Shown: piece by piece, positions 9,803 to 20,770 of the stretch
How the letters are laid out: every line of letters begins with the position of its first letter
Position numbering within the stretch: the stretch's first letter is position 1
From: a virus
Lineage: Duplodnaviria > Caudoviricetes
Strand: one strand, 5' to 3'
DNA: 54,915 nucleotides
IMG/VR virus record: IMGVR_UViG_3300033485_000015
Location: 1 to 54,915 of that record
Made by a program: the position numbers and the translations under genes
The notes under the pieces: model-generated
Told to the model about the DNA's origin: nothing
Seen by the model: the letters and a program-made list of their open reading frames with translations, nothing else
Database searches by the model: none

Positions 9803-10197
9803 CTATACGAAAAATACGGATTGCTTTGGAAACAAAACTTGCGGCACTGTCTGGGGTGTGGCCAACAGCCTACGAGAATAGCAGATTCGTCCCTACAACG
9901 GGAACAAATTGGCAACGGGCAACTCTTCTTCCCTCACCTATACAGGACTTCGCTGGGACAACAACAACTCGCAAATACACAGGGCTTTTCCTGATTAATG
10001 TATTCACTGAAGCGAACAAGGGCGTAAAAGCGGCGGAAGATTATGCTCTTTCCTTATTAGAGCACTTTCCTAAAGGCTTGATACTTACGCAGGATTCGGT
10101 TACAGTTAGAATAGAAGGCCCTTATGTAGGCGTTGCTAACTCAGACGAGAAATGGTACAACATCCCTGTATGGGTTCCGTGGTTCACGTATTTTTAA
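9799..10197 (+). CDS. Tail terminator (DUF4128-like)
   Basis: AYEN..F.P, G.F.INVF, HFPKG motifs; synteny. Confidence 0.75.
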   Translation: MTIRKIRIALETKLAALSGVWPTAYENSRFVPTTGTNWQRATLLPSPIQDFAGTTTTRKYTGLFLINVFTEANKGVKAAEDYALSLLEHFPKGLILTQDSVTVRIEGPYVGVANSDEKWYNIPVWVPWFTYF

Positions 10198-10209
10198 TGG
10201 AGTAAATAG

Positions 10210-11412
10210 ATGGTCACTTTCGCAGTTAGCAGCCTTGCAGACTTGGGCTATGTACAAGAGGAAACGTTCGGCGAGGTACCACCTTCTCCGGCATTAACAA
10301 AGATTCGCCGTGTAAGTTCGTCCCTGAATTTGTCAAAGGACACTTATGAATCACAGGAAATTCGCTCCGATAGAATGGTGGCGGATCACAGGCATGGTGT
10401 TCGTCGTGTTAGCGGGGATATTGCCTCAGAACTCTCTGTTGATAGTTTTGATGAGTTCCTGCAAGCAATCATGGGTGGGACATGGACTGCGGGGGTATCT
10501 AAGTCTAATACACAATTTACTAGCGTTACGTCGGATTCATCAACAAGGACTTTCACTTTTGCGGCTGGGAACCCAGTAACGGAAGGCTTCCGCGTGGGTG
10601 ATATTATTCGTTTCACGAACCTTGCGGCTACAGCGAACAACAACACAGATTTCACGATTGTTTCATTCTCTGGAACACAGAACCGCATTATTACAGTGGC
10701 TGAATCTGTTACAACTGATGCAGTGGCGGACACATCGTTCACAGTTGCGGTTGTAGGGTATAAGCTTAATATTGGGAATACATACCGCTCATTCACGATT
10801 GAAATGGGGCATACAGATATTTCGCAATATCGCGTATATAAAGGATGCCGTGTGAACTCCGTTGCGTTTGAATTGCCCCCGACGGACATGGTACGAGCTA
10901 CCTGGGGAATTGTGGGGCAAGATATGTCAACTATCAGTGCGGTTTCCATTGACGCAGCATATTCTGACGCGCCAACAAACTCACCACTCGCCGCTGTTGA
11001 TGCAACCCTCTATGAAGGTAGTACCTTCACTGAACTTGGAAGCGTTACGGGGCTTACCTTCGATATTAATAATAATCTTGATGGCAAACCCGTGGTAGGA
11101 AGTAATACCTTACCTAACCTTCTTTATGGTAATAAACAGGAAGTGACAGGTGAGCTTACTGTATTGTTCCAGAATGCTACAATGTTGAACAAGTTCATCA
11201 ATGAGACAGAAAGCAACATCTTCATCAAATTAAGTGATCCGAATGGTACGGATTTCTTAAAGATTTTCTTCCCACGTGTTAAATATAACGGTGGGGAGAT
11301 TGGGGACGCTGACCCGCAAGGATTGCCTATCACTATGCCTTTCGTTGCATTGGCACCGTCTGCAACGGATGATGACGATTCCGCTGTTGTCTTCCAACGT
11401 TCTAACGCTTAG
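10210..11412 (+). CDS. Major tail tube protein with inserted beta-rich domain
   Basis: E.TFG, S.EIRSDR, SFTIE, FPRVKY; upstream of the chaperone and tape measure genes. Confidence 0.88.
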   Translation: MVTFAVSSLADLGYVQEETFGEVPPSPALTKIRRVSSSLNLSKDTYESQEIRSDRMVADHRHGVRRVSGDIASELSVDSFDEFLQAIMGGTWTAGVSKSNTQFTSVTSDSSTRTFTFAAGNPVTEGFRVGDIIRFTNLAATANNNTDFTIVSFSGTQNRIITVAESVTTDAVADTSFTVAVVGYKLNIGNTYRSFTIEMGHTDISQYRVYKGCRVNSVAFELPPTDMVRATWGIVGQDMSTISAVSIDAAYSDAPTNSPLAAVDATLYEGSTFTELGSVTGLTFDINNNLDGKPVVGSNTLPNLLYGNKQEVTGELTVLFQNATMLNKFINETESNIFIKLSDPNGTDFLKIFFPRVKYNGGEIGDADPQGLPITMPFVALAPSATDDDDSAVVFQRSNA

Positions 11413-11421
11413 GTATAAAAT

Positions 11422-11838
11422 ATGGATATTTCGCAAATTGATTTTGGTAATTCGAATACTGGTATTGATATGGTTCTAACCCACCCTGTAAGTGGGTTAG
11501 AAATTGTAGACAAGGAAACTAACGAGCCTGTAAGCCTTAAAGTAGTAGGTGCGGAGTCCGATGTGTACAAAGAGGCACAACGCCGGATCACCAACCAGAA
11601 ACTATCGAAGGCGAAGGGAAAGAAAGATATTTCCTTCACCGCCGAAGAGTTAGAGTCTTTCCGAATTCAATTAATTGCTGCATGTATTCGTGGATGGTCA
11701 CATATTGGTCTTGGTGAGGCTAAGGAGCTTCCATATTCTGAACAGAACGCAAAGCGTTTACTTGTTACAGCTCCTTGGATTCTTGAGCAAGTCGAGACTT
11801 TTGTGGGTGATCGCGCAAATTTTACGCAGAAGAAGTAG
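11422..11838 (+). CDS. Tail assembly chaperone (gpG-like)
   Basis: Synteny; ends with slippery heptamer A AAT TTT at 11817-11823. Confidence 0.82.
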   Translation: MDISQIDFGNSNTGIDMVLTHPVSGLEIVDKETNEPVSLKVVGAESDVYKEAQRRITNQKLSKAKGKKDISFTAEELESFRIQLIAACIRGWSHIGLGEAKELPYSEQNAKRLLVTAPWILEQVETFVGDRANFTQKK

Positions 11839-12203
11839 AGCAATTACTCTCCTTCGCCACTTCGGAATTTGCCCTTTCTAAAGTAGACGGCCACGGCTAC
11901 AGTGTAAGGGAGCATCTACAGGCCATAGAGGCGCGGACAGGAAAAACGCCTGATGGGTTACAGAATAGCGACCCAGGCGCGTTTGAGTATTTATGGGGGT
12001 ACTTCTGCGAATTATCTCTTGGCAGATCATCTTCAGGTTATAGTCCTAACCCTTTATCATTTACAGAAATTCTTGCGTGGTGTACACTACGTAAAATAAA
12101 CCTGTCTACTTTCGAATTGGATATGATAAAGAGATTAGACACGCAATGGCTAGATTTTAGCCAGAAAGAGGCTCGAAAGGAGAGTAAGAGACATGGTGGC
12201 TGA
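11823..12203 (+). CDS. Tail assembly chaperone -1 frameshift extension (gpT-like; not in the ORF track)
   Basis: Open -1 frame after the slippery site: YAEEVEQLL...YLWGYFCELSLGR...PNPLSFTEILAW...IKRLD, TGA at 12201-12203. Confidence 0.8.
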   Translation, partial: YAEEVEQLLSFATSEFALSKVDGHGYSVREHLQAIEARTGKTPDGLQNSDPGAFEYLWGYFCELSLGRSSSGYSPNPLSFTEILAWCTLRKINLSTFELDMIKRLDTQWLDFSQKEARKESKRHGG

Positions 12204-14376
12204 TATTGCGCAGTTAGGTATTGAAGTAAATACAACAGGCGTCACTAAAGCCACGGCATCGCTATCTGCACTTGGTAAGCAAGCGGAGCAGGTTGAATCA
12301 AAGACGCATAAGCTGTCGAGTTCACAACAAAAGCTTGATAATACCCTAGGTAATCTAGGGCGTACTTTTAATACACTACAAACGGCAGTGCAGGGGTATA
12401 TTGCCCTTCTTGGTATAAATAAGCTTGTAGAATACGCTGACACATGGAAACTTATAAATGCGCGGATTAATCTTGTTACCGATAGCACAGAAGAATTTGC
12501 CGCTGTGCAAGCAGAGCTATTCAGAATTTCACAAGAAACGCGAACAGAACTTAATGCTACGGCTGCTTTATATACACGACTCGGAAGGCTCACGGATGAG
12601 TTGGGACGTTCACAGGCGGACATGCTGCGAGTAACAGAACTTGCGCAGAAGGCAATTAGAGTATCTGGCGCGACCTCGGCGGAGGCTTCTGCCGGGGTGG
12701 TTCAGTTGGGACAGGCATTAGCCTCTGGTAGATTACAGGGGGATGAATTACGCTCGATCCTTGAAAATATGCCCCGCTTAGCAGAGGCTATCGCCGCTGG
12801 GATGGGTGTTACAATCGGGAAGTTGCGAGAATTGGGGAAGGAGGGGTCTTTAACAGCGGGTGTTGTAATTGATGCCTTATTGTCGCAAGGAAAAGTATTA
12901 GATGATGAATTTAGCCAACTGCCTTTAACTGTAGATCAGTCCTTAACACAGATGAAAAACGCATTTATGCGGTGGTTAGGTACGGTGGACGAGTCAACAG
13001 GATTAACGCAAGGTTTATCCTCTGCCATTTCTTTTTTGGCAATGAATTTTGATACGCTAATGAATGTGATTGCTATAGTGGCAACACTGATATTGACTTC
13101 ATTGGTTCCTGCCATTGCTTCTTCTCTTGTTGGTGCCATTGCAACGGCTTATACAGCGGTACAGGGGTTCTTTGCTTTATTATTAGCTAATCCGTTTGTT
13201 CTCTTAGCTACCTTGATAGCGGGCGCAGTTGCTTGGCTTGTTACTTTCGGGGATCAGATGACTGTATTACAAGGCGATACAGCAACTTATTTTGATTATG
13301 TCATTGCGGGATGGCAGGGACTCACTGAGGTCGTGTCTAATGTTGTGACAGGTATACAGGCAGGATGGGAGGCTCTACTCGGTGTTCTTGGTGCTATTGC
13401 TAACGAGATTGTTCGCTTTTTTACGGAAGCGTGGTCAAAAGTAGTTGAGACATTCAATAAAACATTAGACTATCTAAAACAGAAATTTGCGGCCTTCATG
13501 GATTTTATAGGTGTCGAAATGGCAACAGTGGACGCCGCGCTTGCGCCTCTGAAAACGGTTGGCGGGGAAATAGGTAAAGGATTCGACGCTGCGCAAAAGT
13601 CCTTAGAGGATGTAGGACGTGGAGCTTCCGTAGTAGGTGGTGCTATTGCTGATACAGCAACAAACATAGGGAGTAAATGGCGCGATGCGGCAAATGAGAT
13701 TGCCAAAACGAGACACGCGGCATCGGGTAAGACAACAGGGATTGACTTAAGCATTCTTGGGGAAACCCCGCTTGGGGCAACAGGCGTTTCCACAGGTACA
13801 ACGGAGCTTGATAAGGTCAAGACAAAGAGCAATGAGACAAGAAAGTTAGTGGAACAACAGTGGAAACAAACAGGTGATACTCTCTCGGATAGTTTGGGTC
13901 GAGCTATCGGCGATGCTTTCGAGACAGGACGCTTTAGCTTTGATTCATTCTTCGAGAATGTACGGAATGAACTTGCACGGAACGCAGCATCGAATATAGG
14001 TAAATCATTCGGGCAGTTAGGCAATACATTATTTGGTGGAATGGGTGCGAGTACTGGAATGGCTGGCGCGGGTGCTGGCATGTTTGGCTCAGCCATAGGC
14101 GCGGCATTCTCTGGGATGTTTGGCCAAGGTGCTTTTGCCGACGGTGGGAACTTCGTGGGTGGTAAGGCAATGCTTGTAGGCGAAAGAGGCCCCGAGGTTA
14201 TCGTGCCAAGGACTGGCGGAACGGTTATTCCAAACGGCGGTGGTTCTGCCGCGCCTGTAATCAATATGAACATATCTACCCCCGATGTAGCTGGGTTTAG
14301 GCAGTACGCATCAAAAGGTCAGATAGCCGCTGATATGGCTTCATCATTAAGACGTTTAGGAGCGCGTAACTCATGA
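12193..14376 (+). CDS. Tail tape measure protein
   Basis: QLGQALASGRLQGDELRSILEN N-terminal motif; C-terminal FADGG...VGERGPE. Confidence 0.93.
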   Translation: MVADIAQLGIEVNTTGVTKATASLSALGKQAEQVESKTHKLSSSQQKLDNTLGNLGRTFNTLQTAVQGYIALLGINKLVEYADTWKLINARINLVTDSTEEFAAVQAELFRISQETRTELNATAALYTRLGRLTDELGRSQADMLRVTELAQKAIRVSGATSAEASAGVVQLGQALASGRLQGDELRSILENMPRLAEAIAAGMGVTIGKLRELGKEGSLTAGVVIDALLSQGKVLDDEFSQLPLTVDQSLTQMKNAFMRWLGTVDESTGLTQGLSSAISFLAMNFDTLMNVIAIVATLILTSLVPAIASSLVGAIATAYTAVQGFFALLLANPFVLLATLIAGAVAWLVTFGDQMTVLQGDTATYFDYVIAGWQGLTEVVSNVVTGIQAGWEALLGVLGAIANEIVRFFTEAWSKVVETFNKTLDYLKQKFAAFMDFIGVEMATVDAALAPLKTVGGEIGKGFDAAQKSLEDVGRGASVVGGAIADTATNIGSKWRDAANEIAKTRHAASGKTTGIDLSILGETPLGATGVSTGTTELDKVKTKSNETRKLVEQQWKQTGDTLSDSLGRAIGDAFETGRFSFDSFFENVRNELARNAASNIGKSFGQLGNTLFGGMGASTGMAGAGAGMFGSAIGAAFSGMFGQGAFADGGNFVGGKAMLVGERGPEVIVPRTGGTVIPNGGGSAAPVINMNISTPDVAGFRQYASKGQIAADMASSLRRLGARNS

Positions 14377-14987
14377 GTTTTGTAGAGGTGCAATTTCCAA
14401 CAGACATTTCATACGGAGCAACTGGTGGCCCTGAATGGTCAACTGATGTTGTTGAACTCGTTAATGGGTATGAGCGCAGAAATGCAAATTGGTCTTTACC
14501 TCGGTATAGATATAGCGTAGCTCATGCCGTTAAGACACAGCAACAAATGGATGCTTTACTTGCTTTTTTCAATGCGAGAAAAGGGAAGGCTATAGGCTTC
14601 CGGTTTAAAGATTGGTCTGACTTTGAAGGAGCAAATGAATTTCTTGGCTATGGTGATAGTCTTGACGCAACTTTCCAATTAAGGAAGGCGTACACGAGTG
14701 GAGGACAAACCGTATATCGAACTATCCGTAAACCAGTGAGTGGTACGGTTGCTGTTTATGTAAATAGTGTATTACAGACATTAAATACAGATTATACACT
14801 AAACACAACAACAGGCGTAATCACGTTTCTAGGTAGTGCTATTCCTTACTCGGGTGACTCTGTGAACGCCGATTTTGAGTTTGATGTTCCTGTTCGTTTC
14901 GATGTAGATCGTATGCCTGTTAGTATTGATGGTTTCGAAGTTTATAGTTGGGACTCCGCGCAGATTGTGGAGGTCTTGAATGACTAA
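14373..14987 (+). CDS. Distal tail protein (DUF2460, GTA-like)
   Basis: FPTDISYGATGGP, FF.ARKG...GFRFKDWSD, FEFDVPVRFD. Confidence 0.9.
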   Translation: MSFVEVQFPTDISYGATGGPEWSTDVVELVNGYERRNANWSLPRYRYSVAHAVKTQQQMDALLAFFNARKGKAIGFRFKDWSDFEGANEFLGYGDSLDATFQLRKAYTSGGQTVYRTIRKPVSGTVAVYVNSVLQTLNTDYTLNTTTGVITFLGSAIPYSGDSVNADFEFDVPVRFDVDRMPVSIDGFEVYSWDSAQIVEVLND

Positions 14988-15840
14988 GACAATAGGAGCC
15001 AGTTTACTCGCGCACTTCGGAGCAACAACATCATCATTAGCTTATTGCTGGAAGATCACACTGACAAATGGTGACGCGTTGTATTTTACGTCACATGATC
15101 AGGACATAGTATACGCCGGGCATACATACGTTGCGTCTTCTGGATTCGTGCCTACAGATATTGCGCAGAAGGATGACTTCTCTGTGTCGAACATGGATGT
15201 TATAGGCTTTTTCAGTGCGGGGTCTATAACCGAGCCGGACATTGCGGCAGGTCTGTTCGATTATGCTGAGATAGAAATATTCATAGTTAATTACGACAAC
15301 ATTGCGCAAGGTCGAGTCTTACTCAAGAAAGGTTGGGTAGGTGAGTTATCTTACCATAAGAATTCTTTCACCGCGGAGGTTCGGGGTGTTTCCCAGAAGT
15401 TGTCACAGCGGTTGACGCAGATGTACAGCCCTACATGCAGGGCAGACTTTGGTGACACGCGGTGTAAGAAGAACGCCGCATCCTTCACGTCAACAGCATC
15501 CGTTACATCATTCACCGATGCAAGACAATTTAAGGCTTCCTCACTAACGCAAGCAAATTCGTATTTTACAAATGGCGTTGTAACATGGACAACAGGGCCT
15601 AATACGGGTTTAACTATGGAAGTTAGGGACTTTCGGGCAACCGAGGTATGGTTAACCCAATCTATGCCGTATGCTATCGCAGTAGGGCATCAGTTCAGTA
15701 TTGTGGCGGGATGCGACAAAGTGTTCAGTACGTGTAAAGACAAATTCAACAATATAGTAAATTTCCGTGGTGAACCACATGTTCCTGGCATGGATAAGAT
15801 ATTAGAGACAAGCGGAACCTTCACAAATGCGACAAGTTAG
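14980..15840 (+). CDS. Baseplate hub protein (DUF2163/BR0599, GTA-like)
   Basis: FTSHD.D, CRADFGD..C, GCDK.F.TC..KFNN..NFRGEPHVPG. Confidence 0.9.
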   Translation: MTKTIGASLLAHFGATTSSLAYCWKITLTNGDALYFTSHDQDIVYAGHTYVASSGFVPTDIAQKDDFSVSNMDVIGFFSAGSITEPDIAAGLFDYAEIEIFIVNYDNIAQGRVLLKKGWVGELSYHKNSFTAEVRGVSQKLSQRLTQMYSPTCRADFGDTRCKKNAASFTSTASVTSFTDARQFKASSLTQANSYFTNGVVTWTTGPNTGLTMEVRDFRATEVWLTQSMPYAIAVGHQFSIVAGCDKVFSTCKDKFNNIVNFRGEPHVPGMDKILETSGTFTNATS

Positions 15841-16285
15841 GCGGCAGGACATAGAGAGTACAGCTGAGGCATGGGTAGGAACACCTTTCTTGCATCAAGG
15901 GAGGTCACGTTACTTGACAGATACACGGTGCGGCGGTTGTGATTGTATAGGTTTAATTATAGGGGTATCTAAGGATTTGAGCCTTATATCCGCGTTAGGG
16001 AAACCTATAGCGTTTTATGATGACGCAACATACTCCCCGATGCCCTCAGGTAACAGATTGCATAATTTACTTTCTTCTCATATGATAGAGAAGTCCCCAC
16101 AAGAGGCGGACATAGGCGACGTTTTATTATTCAAATTTGTGAAGTATCCGCAGCATGTGGCTTTCTTTACAAGTCAAGATTCTATAATACACAGCCATGC
16201 TCCTTATGGTGTGCGGCGTGAAATACTGAATGATAAGTGGAAGAAAAGACTTGTTGGTTGTTTTAGGTTTACAGAGGTGATTTAG
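15827..16285 (+). CDS. Tail-associated NlpC/P60 peptidase
   Basis: W.GTPF.HQGR, GCDCIGL, GDVLLF, QHVA, IIHS. Confidence 0.9.
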   Translation: MRQVRRQDIESTAEAWVGTPFLHQGRSRYLTDTRCGGCDCIGLIIGVSKDLSLISALGKPIAFYDDATYSPMPSGNRLHNLLSSHMIEKSPQEADIGDVLLFKFVKYPQHVAFFTSQDSIIHSHAPYGVRREILNDKWKKRLVGCFRFTEVI

Positions 16286-16287
16286 TC

Positions 16288-19200
16288 ATGGCAACGGCAG
16301 TATTTTCCACTATTGGCGGACAGATCGGAAGCAGTATAGGGTCCACATACGGCGGCGTTATTGGTGCTCAGATTGGTTCGACCTTGGGGCAAGCCGCAGG
16401 TTATTACGTTGGGGGTCAGGTTGATAATGCGCTATTTGGAAAGACACATACACTTCCTGACGTTATTGGGCCGCGTCTCTCGGAATTAAAGACACAAGTT
16501 TCTACATATGGAAAAGTAATTCCTATTTTGTACGGCAGGAACAGACTGGCGGGTAACGTTATCTGGTGCCCTGGCCTTATTGAGGAGGAGGTATCATCTA
16601 CGGTTAGGCAAGGTGGTGGTAAAGGTGGTGGTGGAAGCAGCGTTCAACAAACGTCCACAACATATAACTACTATGCTACATTAGCCATTGCTATATGTGA
16701 AGGTAGGATCACAAGCATAGACAAAGTATGGGCGGATGCGGAGTTACTAACCGACGAGTTTCTACAAGAAGCGACTGGCTATTATGAGGTGCACTTGGGT
16801 GGGGAGGCGCAGGTAGCTTCTCCTATCATGGAGGAAATAGAAGGTGTTGGTAACGTTCCTGCTTATAGAGGTCTTTCCTACGTTGTTATTAAGCGATTCC
16901 CTCTCGCTAAATACGGCAACAGAATTCCAAATTTTACGTTCGAGGTTCACAGAAAGGAACAGATAGAACCAACTGTGGAGTCTAAGATCAAAGATATAAT
17001 CATGATTCCAGGATCGGGGGAAACCGTTTACAGCCCCACCATACAGAAAAAAATATCATGGAATGACCTAGGCCCCTCTGCGGGCGCATCTGGCGGAGGT
17101 ATATTCGGCGGAATAACAGGGCGTATCATTGTGGAGTTACCCGATACCGTAACCACCAACATGCACAATTACAAAAACCAAGCCAACGTCTTGCAATCTC
17201 TTGATGATTTAGCGCGGGACTGTCCCAATATTGAACGTGTGGGAATCGTTGTAATGTGGTTTGCTACAAGTAAGAACCCCGCCACCGCGCAATGCATTCC
17301 AAAGGTGGAATATAATGCTGTGGACGATATAAATTTACCCGCGATAGAGCGTACCTATAGCGAAACCACCCCCGACGCTTGGGCGGTTGCTGGTTATACA
17401 AGGGAAACAGCACAACGTGTCTTAATCTTTGACGACGGCTCGCTGACTTATGGGGGGACGCCTTCGGATAAGGAAGTGGTTGATCTATGCGTTGAGCTTA
17501 AAAGCAGGGGTTACGAGGTGATGCTGTACCCTTTCCTTGCTGTGGACACAATAGCAGATTCCTTTGAGGATGACAAACCGTGGAGGGGAAGGATCACTCC
17601 CACGTCTGTTGCTGATGTAACTGCGTTCTTTAATGGAACAAATAAGTATAAAGCGTTCATTGAGCATTACGCCACATTAACAGTTAATGGTGTCGCGTTG
17701 AAGGATAACATTGACACTTTTGTTATAGGTTCTGAATTAAAAGGGCTAACGACATATTCAAATACTGCGGGGAATTATCCGGCGGTGACTCGACTAAAGG
17801 AGCTTGCCGCGACAGTAAAGGCGGCTGTAGGCGCGGGAGTAAGTGTGGTATACGCAGCGGATTGGTCAGAATATCATTCCGTTGATGGTTGGTTCCACCT
17901 CGATCCGTTATGGTCGGATAGTAATATTGATAAGGTTGCTATTGATGCTTACTTTCCTCTTACGGACGATCTACCCCAAGCGTCTATTGATTACCAAGCA
18001 ATATACGATGGTTGGACATCAGGTGAGGGTTATGATTACTATTATACTGACCCCGTGGCACGTACAGGACTGACTAATTACTCAGGGCTTACTTATGCGT
18101 GGAAAGCGATGTACAATTGGTGGAACACTACGCATACGAACCCAGACGCCTCTGTGACAGCGTGGACTTCACAAATGAAGCCATTAATCTTAACCGAGTT
18201 TGGCTTCCCTAGCGTGGATGGGTGCAGTAATCAACCCAACGTTTTCTATGATCCCTCTTCCGTGGAGAGCTACTTCCCAAGGGCAAGTAGGGGGAGGGTT
18301 GATTTCTTCGCTCAACGCCTAGCGATAGAAGCGAGTATTGACTTCTTCCAAGATCAGAATGCTTTGAATGCCGATTTTCTACCTGAAACATACCTTTGGA
18401 CATGGGACGCTAGACCATACCCTTATTTCCCCGATAGGCGAGACGTTTGGGCGGATTATCAACTATGGCGCACGGGGCATTGGGTAACAGGGAAGTTTGG
18501 TGGTTCTAACCTTGGCGCGATTGTTGCGGACTTCCTTGATCGGCTGGGTTTCTCTGCTTCTGATTATGATGTGACAGAATTAACAGACTTTGTTGAAGGC
18601 TTCGTGATTTCTTCAGATACGTCTATACGTCAGGCTCTCGAGCAATTACAGCAAATTTATTTCTTCGATATGGTAGAATCTGACGGGGTGTTAAAGTTCC
18701 GTAAGCGGTCAAGAGCGTCTGTATATACAATACCGGAGGATGAATTGGTTAAGACGGGTACTGGGGACGGTCAAACGGCGGTCAGCTTCACACGGATCCA
18801 GGAGCTTGAATTACCGCGCAAGGTCAATATCAGTTATTACAAGCGGGATATTAATTATGGTATCAATGCTCAAATTGCGCAAAGGCAAACAGGGAATGCG
18901 GTCAATGTCGAGACCATAAATACGCCTGTTGTGTTGTCCGATGAATCAGCACGTAAGATTGCAGAGACGCATTTGTACTCACGATGGGAGAATCGGACAG
19001 TATACAATTTTACCTTACCCCCTGATTACATAGATATTGAGCCCACTGACGTGGTTACACTCACCATTAATAATGTGAGCCACACGGTGAGAGTGCTGGC
19101 GCAGAAAATAAAATCATATGGTATTCAGGAGTGCACAGCCATTTCTGACAGCCCGAGCGCATATGACTTCTATATTGAGCCCGGTGTTGGCGAGTTAATA

Positions 19201-20211
19201 ACGCAGGATGTTAAAGTTATTCCTGATATTGTCAGTTATTTCTATGACTTACCAACACTAACTACAGACACATGGAATGAAACCTACTTAAGAGTGGGGG
19301 TTATTGGTGTAACAGGCGACTGGCGTGGTGATGTGATTTACCGTTCAGACGACGGAGGAGAAGCAGGGGGCAATAATTGGTTTGTTATTGGTGGTACGGG
19401 TGAGCAAGCAATACCAGGCCGCGCTCTGACACTTCTTGCAGACGCCGGTGTTGAAACTTGGGATGAGATAAACACTGTAGATATTGCTATATCAAGGGGT
19501 ACATTATCCTCTACAACAGAGCTTGCTGTGTTGAACGGGGCAAATGCAATCTTGATAGGTGACGAATTGATCCAATTTAGAACGGCCACTATGCTGAATA
19601 GTAACCCTCGGCAATGGCGACTGAGTGGCTTATTAAGGGGAAGACAAGGTACGGAGTGGGCTACGTCCACACATGCCGTAGGTGACGGGGTACTTTTCAT
19701 AAATACATCCCTTGCACGTATCACCCTACCCTTAGGATTGCTTAATCAATCACGCTATTACAAAGTGGTTACGGTAGGCTCTTCCCTAGCATTGACCGAT
19801 GAAACCACATTCACGCACACAGGGCGGAGTCTGAAGCCTTGGGCTGTTACGGATTTGACGCATTCATCCACTGCGGAAGATGGCGGCATGATCTTCACAT
19901 GGAAGCGCAGGACTCGTTTGGGCGGCGAGCTAACCGACAACTCAGACGTCCCTGTAAGTGAGGAAACGGAGAGTTATGAAATAGATGTGTTAGACGGTGT
20001 GACCGTTGTTAGAACATTGACGAGCAATGAACAAACAGTGACCTACACACAAGAGCAACAAATAGAAGACTTTACTACCGTCCCTACTTCGTTTAGTATC
20101 AAGGTGTATCAAATGTCCGCTCTCGTTGGTCGTGGTTATGTGACTACGTTATCTGTGACAGGAAGCGGAAGCACTGAGTTTAGCAGTGGGTTTGACCCCG
20201 CGTTTAGTTAA
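16288..20211 (+). CDS. Central tail / megatron protein with GTA TIM-barrel domain
   Basis: 1307 aa; PAYRGL, GNRIPNF.FEV, GGTPSD, YAADWSEY, WTWDARPYP, LSGLLRG..GTE. Confidence 0.92.
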   Translation: MATAVFSTIGGQIGSSIGSTYGGVIGAQIGSTLGQAAGYYVGGQVDNALFGKTHTLPDVIGPRLSELKTQVSTYGKVIPILYGRNRLAGNVIWCPGLIEEEVSSTVRQGGGKGGGGSSVQQTSTTYNYYATLAIAICEGRITSIDKVWADAELLTDEFLQEATGYYEVHLGGEAQVASPIMEEIEGVGNVPAYRGLSYVVIKRFPLAKYGNRIPNFTFEVHRKEQIEPTVESKIKDIIMIPGSGETVYSPTIQKKISWNDLGPSAGASGGGIFGGITGRIIVELPDTVTTNMHNYKNQANVLQSLDDLARDCPNIERVGIVVMWFATSKNPATAQCIPKVEYNAVDDINLPAIERTYSETTPDAWAVAGYTRETAQRVLIFDDGSLTYGGTPSDKEVVDLCVELKSRGYEVMLYPFLAVDTIADSFEDDKPWRGRITPTSVADVTAFFNGTNKYKAFIEHYATLTVNGVALKDNIDTFVIGSELKGLTTYSNTAGNYPAVTRLKELAATVKAAVGAGVSVVYAADWSEYHSVDGWFHLDPLWSDSNIDKVAIDAYFPLTDDLPQASIDYQAIYDGWTSGEGYDYYYTDPVARTGLTNYSGLTYAWKAMYNWWNTTHTNPDASVTAWTSQMKPLILTEFGFPSVDGCSNQPNVFYDPSSVESYFPRASRGRVDFFAQRLAIEASIDFFQDQNALNADFLPETYLWTWDARPYPYFPDRRDVWADYQLWRTGHWVTGKFGGSNLGAIVADFLDRLGFSASDYDVTELTDFVEGFVISSDTSIRQALEQLQQIYFFDMVESDGVLKFRKRSRASVYTIPEDELVKTGTGDGQTAVSFTRIQELELPRKVNISYYKRDINYGINAQIAQRQTGNAVNVETINTPVVLSDESARKIAETHLYSRWENRTVYNFTLPPDYIDIEPTDVVTLTINNVSHTVRVLAQKIKSYGIQECTAISDSPSAYDFYIEPGVGELITQDVKVIPDIVSYFYDLPTLTTDTWNETYLRVGVIGVTGDWRGDVIYRSDDGGEAGGNNWFVIGGTGEQAIPGRALTLLADAGVETWDEINTVDIAISRGTLSSTTELAVLNGANAILIGDELIQFRTATMLNSNPRQWRLSGLLRGRQGTEWATSTHAVGDGVLFINTSLARITLPLGLLNQSRYYKVVTVGSSLALTDETTFTHTGRSLKPWAVTDLTHSSTAEDGGMIFTWKRRTRLGGELTDNSDVPVSEETESYEIDVLDGVTVVRTLTSNEQTVTYTQEQQIEDFTTVPTSFSIKVYQMSALVGRGYVTTLSVTGSGSTEFSSGFDPAFS

Positions 20212-20220
20212 AGGTTATAC

Positions 20221-20769
20221 ATGACGGACACCGTTAAAACATTCGCTCAATTAAAAACACTCTTTGCAGATAATAGTGTTGGTGCTATCTCGGCGCAGGA
20301 TTTGCGGGACTTCGTAGAGACACTAAAGACATTGCATGGGGCTATTCATTTAAGTTCTGAATCTGCAACAGCTATAGGTGCATCGGGTACTTACGTTAAA
20401 GCAGCGGGAACCACGGTAAGAGACAGTGACTCGGCCAGTGAAATAACGATGCCAGCTAATAACAGATTGCAATATTCAGATACGATAGCCCGAAAATTTA
20501 TTGTCATTTGTAATAGTACGTGGGACGTAGCGAGTGGAACTGACATTATTGTCGGTATCAAGTTAGCTATTAATGGCGTAGTAGTTGACACCTCTGAAGT
20601 AAAAACCACGGTTACTAAAGCCACAGGTATTACATATATAGCGACTACACACTTTCTTACGCTCAATAGCGGTGATTACGTGGAGTTATGGGTGGCTAAC
20701 CATACCAACACAACAAACTTAACCCTGAAAGTACTTGATCTAAACTTACTTTCATATTTTGGGGCATAA
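20221..20769 (+). CDS. Putative virion structural protein
   Basis: Beta-rich; L.SGDYVELWV.N C-terminus; lies between tail-tip genes. Confidence 0.55.
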   Translation: MTDTVKTFAQLKTLFADNSVGAISAQDLRDFVETLKTLHGAIHLSSESATAIGASGTYVKAAGTTVRDSDSASEITMPANNRLQYSDTIARKFIVICNSTWDVASGTDIIVGIKLAINGVVVDTSEVKTTVTKATGITYIATTHFLTLNSGDYVELWVANHTNTTNLTLKVLDLNLLSYFGA

Positions 20770-20770
20770 T

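Noticed and set aside
14373-20211. A host gene transfer agent locus
   Set aside because: Head genes are not RcGTA-type, and a full replication and early module plus circularity indicate an autonomous phage.
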